DNA from: Macrostomum lignano | Taxonomy: Eukaryota | NCBI GenBank assembly: GCA_002269645.1 | Contig: NIVC01000976.1 | Span: 186,001-250,000, forward strand | DNA length: 64,000 bases | Reading direction: 5' to 3' | Shown: positions 12,040 to 24,400 of the stretch, one piece after another | Layout: every line of letters starts with the position of its first letter | How positions within the stretch are numbered: the stretch's first letter is position 1 | Program-made: the position numbers and the translations under genes | The notes under the pieces: model-generated | Told to the model about the DNA's origin: nothing | The model's database searches: none | The model's input: only the letters and a program-made list of their open reading frames with translations

Positions 12040-13255
12040 GAGTGAAACCAGCGAGTGAAACCAGCGAGTGAAACCAGCGAGTGAAACCATGCAGCGAGTG
12101 AAACCAGCGAGTGAAACCATGCAGCAAGTGAAACCAGCGAGTGAAACCAGCGAGTGAAACCAGCAAGTGAAACCAGCGATTGAAACCAGCGAGTGAAACC
12201 ATGCAGCGAGTGAAACCATGCAGCGAGTGAAACCAGTGAGTGAAACCAGCGAGTGAAACCAGCGAGTGAAACCAGTGAGTGAAACCAGTGAGTGAAACCA
12301 GCGAGTGAAACCAGCGAGTGAAACCAGCGAGTGAAACCAGCGAGTGAAACCAGCGAGTGAAACCAGCGAGTGAAACCAGCGAGTGAAACCAGCGAGTGAA
12401 ACCAGCGAGTGAAACCATGCAGCAAGTGAAACCAGCGAGTGAAACCAGCGAGTGAAACCAGCGAGTGAAACCAGCGAGTGAAACCAGCGATTGAAACCAG
12501 CGAGTGAAACCATGCAGCGAGTGAAACCAGCGAGTGAAACCAGTGAGTGAAACCAGCGAGTGAAACCAGCGAGTGAAACCAGCGAGTGAAACCAGCGAGT
12601 GAAACCAGCGATTGAAACCAGCGAGTGAAACCATGCAGCGAGTGAAACCAGCGAGTGAAACCAGTGAGTGAAACCAGCGAGTGAAACCAGCGAGTGAAAC
12701 CAGCGAGTGAAACCAGTGAGTGAAACCAGCGATTGAAACCAGCGAGTGAAACCATGCAGCGAGTGAAACCAGCGAGTGAAACCAGTGAGTGAAACCAGCG
12801 ATTGAAACCAGCGAGTGAAACCATGCAGCGAGTGAAACCAGCGAGTGAAACCAGCGAGTGAAACCAGTGAGTGAAACCAGTGAGTGAAACCAGCGAGTGA
12901 AACCAGCGAGTGAAACCATGCAGCGAGTGAAATCAGCGAGTGAAACCAGTGAGTGAAACCAGCGAGTGAAACCAGCGAGTGAAACCAGCAAGTGAAACCA
13001 GCGATTGAAACCAGCGAGTGAAACCATGCAGCGAGTGAAACCATGCAGCGAGTGAAACCAGTGAGTGAAACCAGCGAGTGAAACCAGCGAGTGAAACCAG
13101 CGAGTGAAACCATGCAGCGAGTGAAACCAGCGAGTGAAACCATGCAGCAAGTGAAACCAGCGAGTGAAACCAGCGAGTGAAACCAGCGAGTGAAACCAGC
13201 GAGTGAAACCAGCGAGTGAAACCAGTGAGTGAAACCAGCGAGTGAAACCAGCGAC
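12040..13255. repeat. 13-bp minisatellite with 17-bp variant units, about 1.2 kb
   Basis: AGTGAAACCAGCG and AGTGAAACCATGCAGCG; source of the long WFHSLVSLAGFTR ORFs. Confidence 0.97.
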
Positions 13256-13645
13256 GGCCATCTTGCACGATACAGAAAGCACTTATCAAACAGATTACGG
13301 ATAACAGAGCCCCAGGATTTATCAGCATACATCCCGGAAACTTGAAGCATTTTAAATATGTTGTTAGTGTATGGGTTTGAGGTCGGAGTGAGATTACATC
13401 CCGAGAGTCGAAGATAATCTCATACCGACCACCCATAAAATTTCTTATGCGCAACTAGAAGCGATCAAATCTTGTTGCTTATTTATTTTATACATTTATG
13501 TTATGCTCCATGAAGTTCGATTGTCCCACAGAAAGATGGGGGCTGGTGCTTAATGCCACAGTGCCTGTTATAAATAGTTTAGTCTTCATCACTGCAGAAA
13601 TCTCCAACCAAAATAAGAATTCATGGCTCCCTCTGTTCGCAATCG

Positions 13646-15476
13646 TCACCAGAAGCTGCACTTTCTCGTCGGATTCATCGGCTGGCCGCGGCGACACTTG
13701 AAGGCCTCGGCGAAGTCCGGGCTGTTCTCGGCGATGCCGTGGACGCGCAGGTGGTGCGAGCTGTGACTCGACCTGCCCTGGTAGATTCGGTCCAGAGTTC
13801 GAGGCTCGAATTTGAGGCACCAGGACTGCGCGGCCTGGATGAACAGCTGCTGCCCCTGGCTGAGGCTGCCGCGGGACTTCAGCAGCTTCAGCTCTCCGAC
13901 TGCAGCCTGCGATTTTTCCAGTACAATAGGCAAATCCCAAGATAAACATCAGTAAGGAAATCCCAAAGTCGGGATCAATGAGGAAATCTCTAAGTCGGGA
14001 TCAATGAGGAAATCCCGAGGTCGGGAGCAATGAGGAAATCCCGAGGTCGGGAGCAATGAGGAAATTCCGAGGTCGGGAGCAATGAGGAAATCCCGAGGTC
14101 GGGATCAATGAGGAAAAATCCCGAGGTCGGGATCAATGAGGAAAAATCCCGAGGTCGGGATCAATGGGGAAAAATCCCGAGGTCGGGATCAATGAGAAAG
14201 CATGAGGTCCGGACCAACAAAAAACAACTCGGTGTGGATTCAGTAAAGAATACGAGTTAAAACTGTCAAGAGCGACTCATGAAGTCTAATAGAGAGTCCG
14301 CTTAAAGAATCCAACCAACCATCAGGCACCTGAATCCCAATTATGTCGGCAATGTCGTTGCCCAAGGTACTGTTGGACTCGAGCAGCGGGCCGCCAGGGT
14401 ATAACCTATAGTCACCGTAGCGATTCCGGACACACTCCATCCGTTCTAAGTAGTTTGCATCGGTCTCGTTGTCCCAGAAGTGTCCAAAGGTACCCTGCTG
14501 TTGGATCTGGTGGCCGAAATCGTCGAAGAAGTGATCGATTTCGTGCCCGATGACGTAGCCGATGCTTCCCAGGCTGATGCAGCGCGGGTAGCTGGGATGA
14601 TAAAAAGGCGGCGCCAGTATCGCCATCGGAAAGATAATCTGGTTGCGATTGATCCAGTTAGCCGCGTTCACCACGAGCGGGCTGATCTCCATAAACAGCG
14701 TGACCGGGCTCAAGCCAGACATCACGTCGAAGTTCTTGTGGGCGTAGGCGCACAGGGCCAGGGAGAACAGGGTGCCGATTCCAGTCCAGATTGAACGGAC
14801 GCAAGTTCAGGGCACGGAACTCCTCCAGGGTGGGCGCGTACTCGTAGAAGGCCTTGATCTCGGCTGTCGAGATCTTGTCCAGCCCGATGGTCTCCTTCGC
14901 CGCCCGGATCTTCCTCTCGATGGCCACCTTGGCGCTGGCGGTGATCCACGACTGTCGCCTGACCCCGGCGACGGCGGCCTCCTTGATGAGTTTCACCAGT
15001 TCGTTGACATCGTCGAAGTCCTGCTGATGGTAGGCGGTCTGGTTAGATCCTCTCCAGAATCGGCTGCATCAGCGTCTTGTCCAGAGCATGCAGCTGGCCA
15101 CGTCGTTGCCTTCGATGTATTTGGCGACCTGTGTCCTGACGCTTTTCCGGTTCTGCAGGTTGTGAGGGAAAAAGTTGTGGAAGCTGAGCAGCCAGTCGAA
15201 CACCAGGAAGGCGGCATCGTCAGACAGGCTGGAGTTGCTGTCGTTTCTATTGGCGAAGACAGGACGAGACTTGAATTGATGTCGTTGACAAAGTTGATGA
15301 CTTCCTTGATGTTTGCCAACTGCACCAGGGCGGGTCCGGGCACCGGCCACTGCAGCAGCTCGTCGAAGCAAGGACTTCTCAAGGGCAGGCTGCTGTTGAT
15401 GACGCCATTAGGGCCGTCTTTGCCGCTGGGCCCGATGCCAGAGGCCGCGTGGCCTGGTCGGTTATCAATGCTCTGA
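13646..15476 (-). pseudogene. Neprilysin/M13 metallopeptidase-like gene with several frameshifts (pseudogene or assembly errors)
   Basis: Motifs VVNAANW..NQIIFPMAILAPPFY..LGSIGYVIGHEIDHFFDD..TLGNDIAD..QLFIQAAQSWC..HSSHHLRVHG..FAEAFKC..MNPTRKCSFW*. There is a GT-AG intron at about 14328-13907. Upstream coding switches frame near 15280, 15085, 15050 and 14780. Confidence 0.75.
13960..14200. repeat. 26-28 bp tandem repeat in the M13 intron
   Basis: AATGAGGAAATCCCGAGGTCGGGA(G/T)C about 9 copies. Confidence 0.93.
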
Positions 15477-15489
15477 CGGGGCGAAAGCG

Positions 15490-16700
15490 GCGCATTCCGC
15501 TAAACCTTGGCAGGCGACTCTGCGGACGAGCTGCGTGAGTTCTTCTCCGCCATTGTCAACGCACCGCCACCCCCGCTGCCAGACAGTCTGACGCTGCCGC
15601 CGGAGATGCCGTTGCCGGCAGAGGAGAGCTTCAGCCTAGCACCAGTCAGCACAGCCGACGTTGTGAGGCTCGCCCAACAGTCACCGGGCGGGAAAGCGCT
15701 GGGTCCGGACGAGGTGCCCATCGAGGCGTTGCGCATCCACTGTGTGGCCAGTGAGGTCGCCAGAGTGATGAATCGCGTGCTCTTCGGTGAGGAGGCACCC
15801 AACGAATGGACCACGGCGCACATCGTCGCAGTTCCTAAGAAGCCGGGCACCACGAGGCTTAAGGAGCATCGAGGTATGTGCCTTCAGTCCTGCGCTGCGA
15901 AGTTGTTCAACCGGATGCTGTTATCGCGGTTGCAGCCCGTGTTGGATCCGTACCTGCGTCCTGAGCAGAATGGTTTCCGGCCCCTATGCGGCCCAGTGAC
16001 GCAGATCCTGGCTCTTCGGCGAGTCATCAAGGAAGCACGGATACGCCAGTCGATCCTGATTGTCATCTTCATAGATTTCAAAAAGGCATTCGACTCTGTC
16101 GTCAGGTCTGTGCTTCCAAACCTGCTCCGTGCGTACAACGTGCTAGAGCAGCTGATTTGTCCGAGAGGTTTTTCGGCGTCGCCGCGGGCTTGCCTGGGCT
16201 GCCTTTCGTTCTGCGAGGGCAGTCCTGCAGTCCAAGGCCTTATCTGACTTGCAGTTCCAGGCGGTGATCGAGACCGTCCTGCTGTACGACGCCGAGACCT
16301 GGACGCTGACGGAGTCGCTCGAGCAACAAGTTGACGCGGCGCACGCTGGCCTGCTGCGCGCCGCCTTCAAGATCGGCTACGAGCGAGTGACCAACGCGGC
16401 TTTGTATCGCCGCGCCGGCCTGGTCCGTCCAAGCGACCTGCTGCGCCGTCGGCGACTCCAGCTGGCAGGCCACATCATCCGCGCCGAGTCGCACTGCCCA
16501 GAGCCGGTGCAGGAGGTGCTGCTGCTAACGCTGCAGGCACCCTACCGGCGGGGGCAGGCGCGCACTCGGCGTTTCGTCGACTGCCTGCTGGCTGACGCCG
16601 GCACCCCGGATTCGGCCGGCGGCGTGGCGTTCATCCGTGACCTGGCCTTAAAGCGCGCCCTGTGACGCTGACCTGCGTATTCTGTTGCTGTGTTGAAGCT
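15490..16700 (+). mobile_element. RTE-like non-LTR retrotransposon, 5'-truncated and internally deleted
   Basis: KALGPDEVPIE..WTTAHIVAVPKKPG..HRGMCLQSCAAKLFNRMLLSRL..LRPEQNGFR..IDFKKAFDSV, then AWAAF..VLLYDAETWTLT..RRLQLAGH. The central QG/YADD RT motifs are missing near 16160. Confidence 0.9.
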
Positions 16701-16799
16701 TGAAGCACTCGTCCTGTTGTCTAGGCTGAGGTTCTCTTGTAAAATTGAAGTTTCCATGGAGACAACTTAAACATTTAATTAAAGACAGGGAGCTGTGTG

Positions 16800-17095
16800 C
16801 AGGGGCTGTGTTTAATTGTCACAGGCATTACTGCCCATTCCGCCGACTTCCCTGAGCAGGCACACAAACGCGCGGATACGTACGCAGCCATACGCACAGG
16901 CACTCACACAGGCCCTAACTTTATTTATCGTTAGGCATGTACACTTCACTGTGCCTTGGGGGTCGGCCTTCAAGGGCGTTAATTGCACGAGCAGAGCCAA
17001 GCTGAGATTCCAATTAATGTGACTGCACTTGGAATCGAGCCTGGGCCGCTGGCACACCAGAGCGCCGCACCAGGTCACTGGGCTACGGCCCCCCT
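16800..17095 (-). mobile_element. tRNA-derived SINE, second family
   Basis: Minus strand begins GGGGCCGTAGCCCAGTGACCTGGTGCGGCG..CCAGGCTCGATTCCAAGTG (A box and B box). Its body resembles sequence at 52075-52260 and 9560-9630. Confidence 0.6.
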
Positions 17096-17184
17096 AAGAA
17101 AGCCCTTCGTAAGAAACGCCCAAATGAAGACAAGAAATGTGCCAATCCCGAATAACGCTAAGACACATATTTGCATTTGTTTAA

Positions 17185-17262
17185 TCCCTTGAATTATAAC
17201 CATCAGTGCACAAGGTCAAGGACTCCCTTGAATTATAACCATCAGTGCACAAGGTCAAGGAC
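17185..17262. repeat. 39-bp tandem duplication
   Basis: TCCCTTGAATTATAACCATCAGTGCACAAGGTCAAGGAC twice. Confidence 0.9.
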
Positions 17263-17809
17263 AATGTCACTGAATAAATGACAGATACAATTTATCTGTT
17301 AAGTGCGCTTGTATTTACCAAATCTGAGTTAAGCAAATGATTTTGCATTTTTTTTACAAAAGGGTCAAGTATATATTTTGTGAACAGGTGTTGAACTCTG
17401 TGAGAAGGAATAAACGGCTTGGCATAATTACTGGCTAAGAGAGGAAAGTTCTTGAACAGAATTGGCTACCCATTTACGAAGACAGTAAATACTGCAGGCA
17501 AAAATCAGCCGAGCAGAAACAGCGTTAACGCAATCGATCAAAACACAAATGTACGATACTACTTAATTGCCTCACGTGTAACAGTAGTAGAGAAGCATTC
17601 CGTTTACATAAAAAATAGAGGTTAGGATCGTTTTGAGCCAATTATGAGCTACTAGGTATTCATGAAAATAAAAATAGGTAAGAAATGGTTAATAGTCAGG
17701 GGATTCTGAAGGACAGGTTCTTATACCGTTAGCCTGCTTAAAGTGTAACATTAAATAAGAATTCCCGGGTTAAAGCGCACATTTTTACATCGAAAAACAG
17801 TTTTCTATG

Positions 17810-18020
17810 TTAATTGGGATGTCAAGTGTACATAACGGAGGACTGTCTAGGCTGGCTGGGAGCGAGTGTACATTGAGGGCCCGACTGTCTAGGTTGGCTG
17901 GGAGCGAGTGTACATTGAGGCCCGACTGTCTAGGTTGGCTGGGAGCGAGTGTACATTGAGGCCCGACTGTCTAGGCTGGCTGGGAGCGAGTGTACATTGA
18001 GGGACCGACTGTCTAGGTTG
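17810..18020. repeat. 40-41 bp tandem repeat downstream of UBR3
   Basis: GACTGTCTAGGTTGGCTGGGAGCGAGTGTACATTGAGG(G)CCC about 5 copies. Confidence 0.92.
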
Positions 18021-18244
18021 CCAGATTAGGTACGTGCTAAGCTAATGAGGTTTCGTTGCATAATATTTTGTCTACGCAGAGCACAAACCGCTCACAATTA
18101 AATAGCATAGAAAAACAGTATAGCTACTAAGAGTAGAAAGACAAATAACAGAACAGCAGCAGAAGGTTTCACTCAATACTTACATTATTTATGTATTAGA
18201 GCCAGTCAGTATTCTATATCTACCTGAGAAATTTGTTTCAGACA

Positions 18245-18340
18245 ATTGGGGGCGATTCTCAAAGGCATCTCAGGGCAATTCTTAAAATCATCTCAGGGCG
18301 ATTCTCAAAGGCATCTCCGGGCGATTCTCAAAGGCACCTG
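18245..18340. repeat. about 23-bp tandem repeat, 4 copies
   Basis: GGGCGATTCTCAAAGGCATCTCA. Confidence 0.85.
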
Positions 18341-18429
18341 AAAAAGAGAAGTCTTTGCCGCCTAATAAAGCCAGCCAATAAGATTGAGCAGCGGCAGTCG
18401 AATGCCCAGTAGAACTGAGCATTTTGAGC

Positions 18430-21400
18430 TCACAGCGAGTGCGACAGCCATTCAAGCCTTGAGGCGCTGCTGTAGTAGTTGTGCAGCAGCCACTGCCACT
18501 CCAGGGCCTGGTAGCGCTGCTCGCTCAGGTACAGCGGCTTGCCGCGTCTGCAATGCCCAATTAGCAGGATTATGGATTTACTGAGCTCATTTGCAATCAT
18601 TCAGTTAGAGGAACATCGATTCGGGTATATCGTAAATAGACTATATATAGTTGGAGGTTACTATCTAGGAGAGGTCATTGACCCTGGCTTATTTTAAGGT
18701 CTCTGACCCAGATTTATCTAGAAGTCATTGACCTTAATTTATCTGGGGGGTCAGCGATCATGACTTATCTAGGAGAGGTCATTGACCCCGGCTTGATTTA
18801 AGGAGGATACTGACACTGATTCACCTAGTAGAGGTCATTGACCCCGGCTTGTTTTAAGGAGGCCAATGACCATATTTATCTAGGAGAGGCCATTGACCCC
18901 GGCTTGTTTAAAGGAGGTCACTGACCCCTATTTAACTAGGAGAGGTCATTGACCCCGGCTTGTTTTAAGGAGGTCACTGACCCCTATTTAACTAGGAGAG
19001 GTCATTGACCCCGGCTTGTTTTAAGGAGGTCACTGACTCTGATTTAGCTAGGAGAGGTCATCGATCTCGATTTACCAGGGAAAGGTCATATAGAATTTGT
19101 GAGATATGAAATCCTCACCTGAGCTCCTCGTCCTCCTCTCCGAACTCGTCCACGTACAGCGAGCCCCAGCGCAGCGCCAGGCCGTGGGTGAAGACCCACA
19201 CGAACGAGGAGTCCACCACCAGCACGGGGCAGTGGCCGGCGCCGCACAGCACGGAGTGTCGGTGGCACTCGCCAACTGTGTCCTCGCCGTGTCGGGCCTG
19301 GCAGCAGGGCGAATTGAAGCAGAGAAACTCGCCGCAGACCAGGCAGACGGCCGGGTGGGCGGGGCGCTGGTCGCAGTGGCGGCAGGCGCGGCTCCGGTTG
19401 GCGCTGAACACAGCGTCGTAGGCCAGGGGCAGCGGGATGAGGCGCGGAGGCTGCAGCTCGCTGGGCAGGGCCAGCCGGTCAGTCAGGCAGGCGATCGGCC
19501 GGCACTGCGGCAGCGACACCGCGGCGAGCCAGGCGGCCGCGAGGCGGTCCAGGCCGGCGGAGTCCAGCGGGGTGAACAGGCGGGCGGGCGAGCAGCCGCT
19601 GCAGCTGCTGGGAGGCTGCGGCGGTGCGGATTCGCCTGCCGATGAAGCCGCCGAGGACTCCGCCTGCTGCTGCTGCTGCTGGCAGAGGCCGAGCCGGTGG
19701 CTGAGCTCCGAGAAGGCAGCCGACGGAGACGGCGGCGGCGGCGGAGGCGGCTGAGTCACGTGACCGAGAAGCAGGGCGGCGAGTCGCAGCAGGGGGGCGA
19801 GACGCGACTCAAGGCAGGCGCTCAGGTCGGCCAGGCTGCGGACGGTCGGCGGCGGGCCCGACTGGGGGGGGGGCAGCCGGGGGATCGGCTTTGATGAAGC
19901 AGTGAGCGCGTGGCATGGAAAAGCTTGCAAAACTGCTCGACTGTTAACGCGTGACCGGACAGAGCAGCCCTTGTCCACGCCGGTGCAAAAGTACATTCAC
20001 GATAAAGACTTCTCTACCCCCGACCAGACTCAATGTACATTCACGACAAAGACCTCTGTATCCCCGACCAGACTCAATTTACATTCACGACAAAGACTTC
20101 TCTACCCCTGACCAGAATCAATACATTTACGACAAAGACCTATGTATCCCCGACCAAACTCAATGTACATTTACGACAAAGACCTATGTATCCCCGACCA
20201 AACTCAATGTACATTTACGACAAAGACCTATATATCCCCGACCAGACTCAATGTACATTCACGACAAAGACTTCTCTACCCTGACCAGAATCAATAGATT
20301 CACGACAAAGACCTCTCTACCCCCGACCAGACTTAATGCGCTAGAGAAGATTTCAACAAAAATAATAAAGGCTGCTAATCAACCAAGACCCTCACCAGCT
20401 GAGGCTGCCTGCTAGAGGCCATCTGTCGTAGAAGCGGCTCCGCGTGCTTCAGCATCACCCGGACGTGCTCGGCCAGCTGCGGATCCTCCGCTCCGGCTTG
20501 GTGCTGCCACAGCAGCCGCTCCTGCCGGGTGGCAGACACGAGCTCGGCCAGCAGGGCCTGCACGTAGGCCAGGTTGTAGGCCGCTGCCAGGGCGGCGAAC
20601 CACTGCTGCTTCTTGCAGACCGCGGTCAGCACCAGCAGCACCAGCATCTTGCCTGGTTGGGGTGGGGCGGGACGTCATGCTAAATGGTATGCAGTGGACA
20701 CACGGGAGACAAGCAGCACACAACTTGGTGGACACAAAGAATCCACACGACAGGTATGTAACTGTGGAGTCCAGCTCCACATGACTAAGAATAAGATTAT
20801 TCACGTGTGTGTGTGAGCCTCGCAGGCCAGCTCAATCTTGGTTCGTAGCTTCTTGCAGAGGCGCCAGGCCCCGGGGTTCTTTATTTATTTTTCTGCTTCC
20901 CAGCCTGGGGGAATACAACCGGCAGGCCTATGCTTGTTGGGGGTGCGGGGTGCAGACAGACAGACTTGTGCATAGGACTTGTGCGTGCATTGGCCGTACA
21001 TTGATGACTGTAACGGCTAGACAAAGACAGGTGCCTGGGGTACTGAGGAGTTCGAGTGACAGATGGACAGACACTACACGTAACAGATAAGCAGCGGAGA
21101 AACGATGGACACAGCGGACACAAAACAGACACAGCGGCGGACACAACAGACACAGCGGACACAACAGACACAGCGGACACACAGACACAGCGGCAGACAC
21201 ACAACAGACACGACAGACACACAAAAGACACATCGGACACACAACATACACAGTGAACACAAACAGACACGGCAGAACACAACAGACACAGCGGACACAA
21301 CAGACACAGCGGACACACACAGACACAGCGGACACAACAGACACAGTGGACACAACATACACAGTGGACACAACATACACAGTGGACACAACATATACAG

Positions 21401-24400
21401 TGGACACAACAGACACAGTGGACACAACAGACACAGTGGACACACACAAGACACAGTGGACACAACAGACACAGTGGACACAACAGACACAATGGACACA
21501 CACAAGACACGGCAGAAACACAACACACACAGCGGACATACAAAATACACAGTGGACACAAACAGACACGGCAGACACACAACAGACACAGCGGACACAA
21601 CAGACACAGCGGACACACAACAGACACAGCGGCAGACACACAACAGACACGACAGACACACAACATACACAGCGGACACAACAGACACAGTGGACACACA
21701 CAAGACACAGTGGACACAACAGACACAGTGGACACAACATACACAGTGAACACAACATATACAGTGGACACAACAGACACAGTGGACACAACAGACACAG
21801 TGGACACACACAAGACACAGTGGACACAACAGACACAGTGGACACAACAGACACAATGGACACACACAAGATACGGCAGAAACACAACACACACAGCGGA
21901 CACACAACATACACAGTAGACACAACAGACACAGTGGACACACACAAGACACGGCAGACACACAACAGACCCAGTGGACACACACAAGACACGGCAGACA
22001 CACAACAGACACAGTGGACACACACAAGACACGGCAGACACACAACACAACACACACAGTGGACACACAACAGACACAGCGGCAGAAACAAAAGACACAG
22101 CGGCCACTGAAACCCACCGGGGTCCTGCAGCAGCAGCGGCTGGAACGCAGCGGCCCGATCACCGGAGTCCTGCTCAGCCCCGTCAGCGAAAGGCGCAGCG
22201 CTGACGCAGCCGGTCATAAAGTGGTCCAGAAAGCCGGTCAGGAAGCCCGAGGACTCCCGCCTGTACAGCTCGTACGCGGCCTTCCGCATGAGGAAGCGCA
22301 GCAGGCGGCCGGTGCAGCACCTGGCCAGGTACCGGGCGTGCAGCCGGTCATCCCGGATGTCCAGCAGGCAGAGCTCCAGGCGCAGGTTGGTCAGCAGGAT
22401 GCCAGCCCAGAATGACCAGCGCTCGTGATCTGTAGTCGGGGGAGGCGCCGGACTCCACAGCTGAGCGAGCGACAGCAGCTGGCCGGAGGCGGTCTGCACC
22501 GGTTTGGCCAGGATGTCCGCCTCCGCCGCCGCCAGGTCCCGCAGCAGAGGCGCCTGCGGACTGGGCGGGCCCTCCCAGGCCACGCCGGGGCAGACCGGCA
22601 GCACCAAGTTGAAGGTCTGGCGGCACAGCGGGCAGGGGAACAGCCGGGCCTGCTGGTCCAGGCCCCGGATGTAGGGCAGCACGCAGTCTGTGTGGACGCT
22701 GTGGCCGCAGCTGGTGACCACGATGCCCCAGCGCAGCTCCGTCAGCGCCTCCGACCAGTGCGAGGCCTCCAGCATGGCTGACAGCCGGCGCCGCGCCGCC
22801 GTCCGGCAGGTGCGGTGCGCCAGCACCGAGGACGGCTGTGCGTGGGCGAGCAGCGCGAACGGCGACTGCGGGCCGCTGCCGCCGCCAGAGTTGGCCGAGT
22901 CCGGCCGGCCTTTCTGGCAAATGCAGCACTCGGTGCAGTCGCCGGCGTCAGCTTCCGACGTCTCCATTGCCGACGAAGGGTCGGCGGCGGCGACGGAGAC
23001 CGCCGTGGCTGCCTTGCTGCCGTCGGATTGATCGGCCGGTGGCTGCAAGCTGGCCGCGAAGGCCCTCTGCTGCGCCATCATGCGCTCCATCAGCTTGCGC
23101 TTGCGCTCCTCCACCGCCGACCGGCGATCGTCCACCGACACTGAAGCTGGACGAAAAATTAAATGTTGAATGTCGGTGTAAGGGGATAAGGGTATGTCGG
23201 TTGGGAAACGAATGTCGGAGTTGGGAAACCGGATGTCGGAGTTGGGAACTGGATGTCAGAGTTGGAAACCGGATGTCGGAGTTGGGAAGCCGGATGTTGG
23301 AGTTGGGAAACCGGATGTCGGAGTTGGGAAGCCGGATGTCGGAGTTGGGAAACCAGATGTCGGAGTTGGGAAACTGGATGTCGGAGTCGGGAAACTGGAT
23401 GTCGGAGTTGGGAAACTGGATGTCGGAGTCGGGAAACTGGATGTCGGAGTTGGGAAACCGGATGTCGGAGTTGGTAAACCAGATGTCGGAGTTGGTAAAC
23501 CAGATGTCGGAGTTGGTAAACCAGATGTCGGAGTTGGTAAATCGGATGTTGTAGTTAGGAAATCGGATGTCGGAGTTGGGAAACTGGATGTCGGAGTTTG
23601 TAAATCGGATGTTGTAGTTAGGAAATCGGATGTCGGAGTTGGGAAACTGGATGTCGGAGTTTGTAAATCGGATGTTGTAGTTAGGAAATCGGATGTCGGA
23701 GTTGGGAAACTGGATGTCGGAGTTTGAGCAAGGGCTTACCATGGTCGGGGGCGGAGCGGTCCTGGCTGCCAACACCAAGCAGCAGGCGCAGTCGGTCATG
23801 ATTTTCGGACCCAGCAGGGCAGGCCAGGCCGATCACTCGGCGCAGAAAATCGCGACCTTCGCCAACTCGACGCCTGTCGGTGACGCGGCAGTCGGCCAGC
23901 TCGGACAGAGTCGGGTTGGCCCCGTCTGACAGCTGGCGATGCGCGGCCAGCAGCAGAGACAGAAGACTGACAGGCTGCTGCGGCTCCGGCTGGCAGGAGA
24001 CCGACACCTCGTGGCTGATGTTCACCCGCATGTCGTGCGATGGAAAGCTGAGGTCCGTCTGCAGAGGAGTTTTGCTTATTGTCATGCGCTGCTCTCATGA
24101 GAGCTCACGTTCTGCGGTACTGAAGGCGGGGCCTCGGGCTCTTCCTCTAATCTCTTGCCGTCTACTCTCTCACTATCTCACTCTAATATCACGCTCTATC
24201 TAATCTCACTCTCCATCTAATCTCACCCTGTCCATCTAATCTCACTCTCTTCATCTGATCTCACCCTCTCTATCTAATCTCACTCTCTCCATATAATCTC
24301 ACCCTCTCTATCTAATCTCACTCTCTCCATATAATCTCACCCTCTCTATCTAATCTCACTCTCTCCATCTAATCTCACCCTCTCTATCTAATCTCACTCT

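Noticed and set aside
11946-13454. Long ORFs (up to 439 aa) of WFHSLVSLAGFTR, and similar ORFs over other arrays
   Set aside because: They are stop-free translations of minisatellites, open in several frames at once, with no independent coding evidence.
15050-15090. In-frame TGA at 15069 in the M13 gene as selenocysteine or read-through
   Set aside because: The alternate frame (LDKTLMQPILERI) fits the flanking protein better, implying two compensating indels; no SECIS was recognised.
11590-17095. tRNA genes at 11590-11650 and 17030-17095
   Set aside because: A/B boxes are degenerate, no complete cloverleaf could be built, and both continue into SINE-like bodies.
20881-23141. 737-aa ORF as a single-exon Cys-rich protein
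   Set aside because: It is the UBR3 RING exon reading through the donor at 22117 into an intronic repeat.
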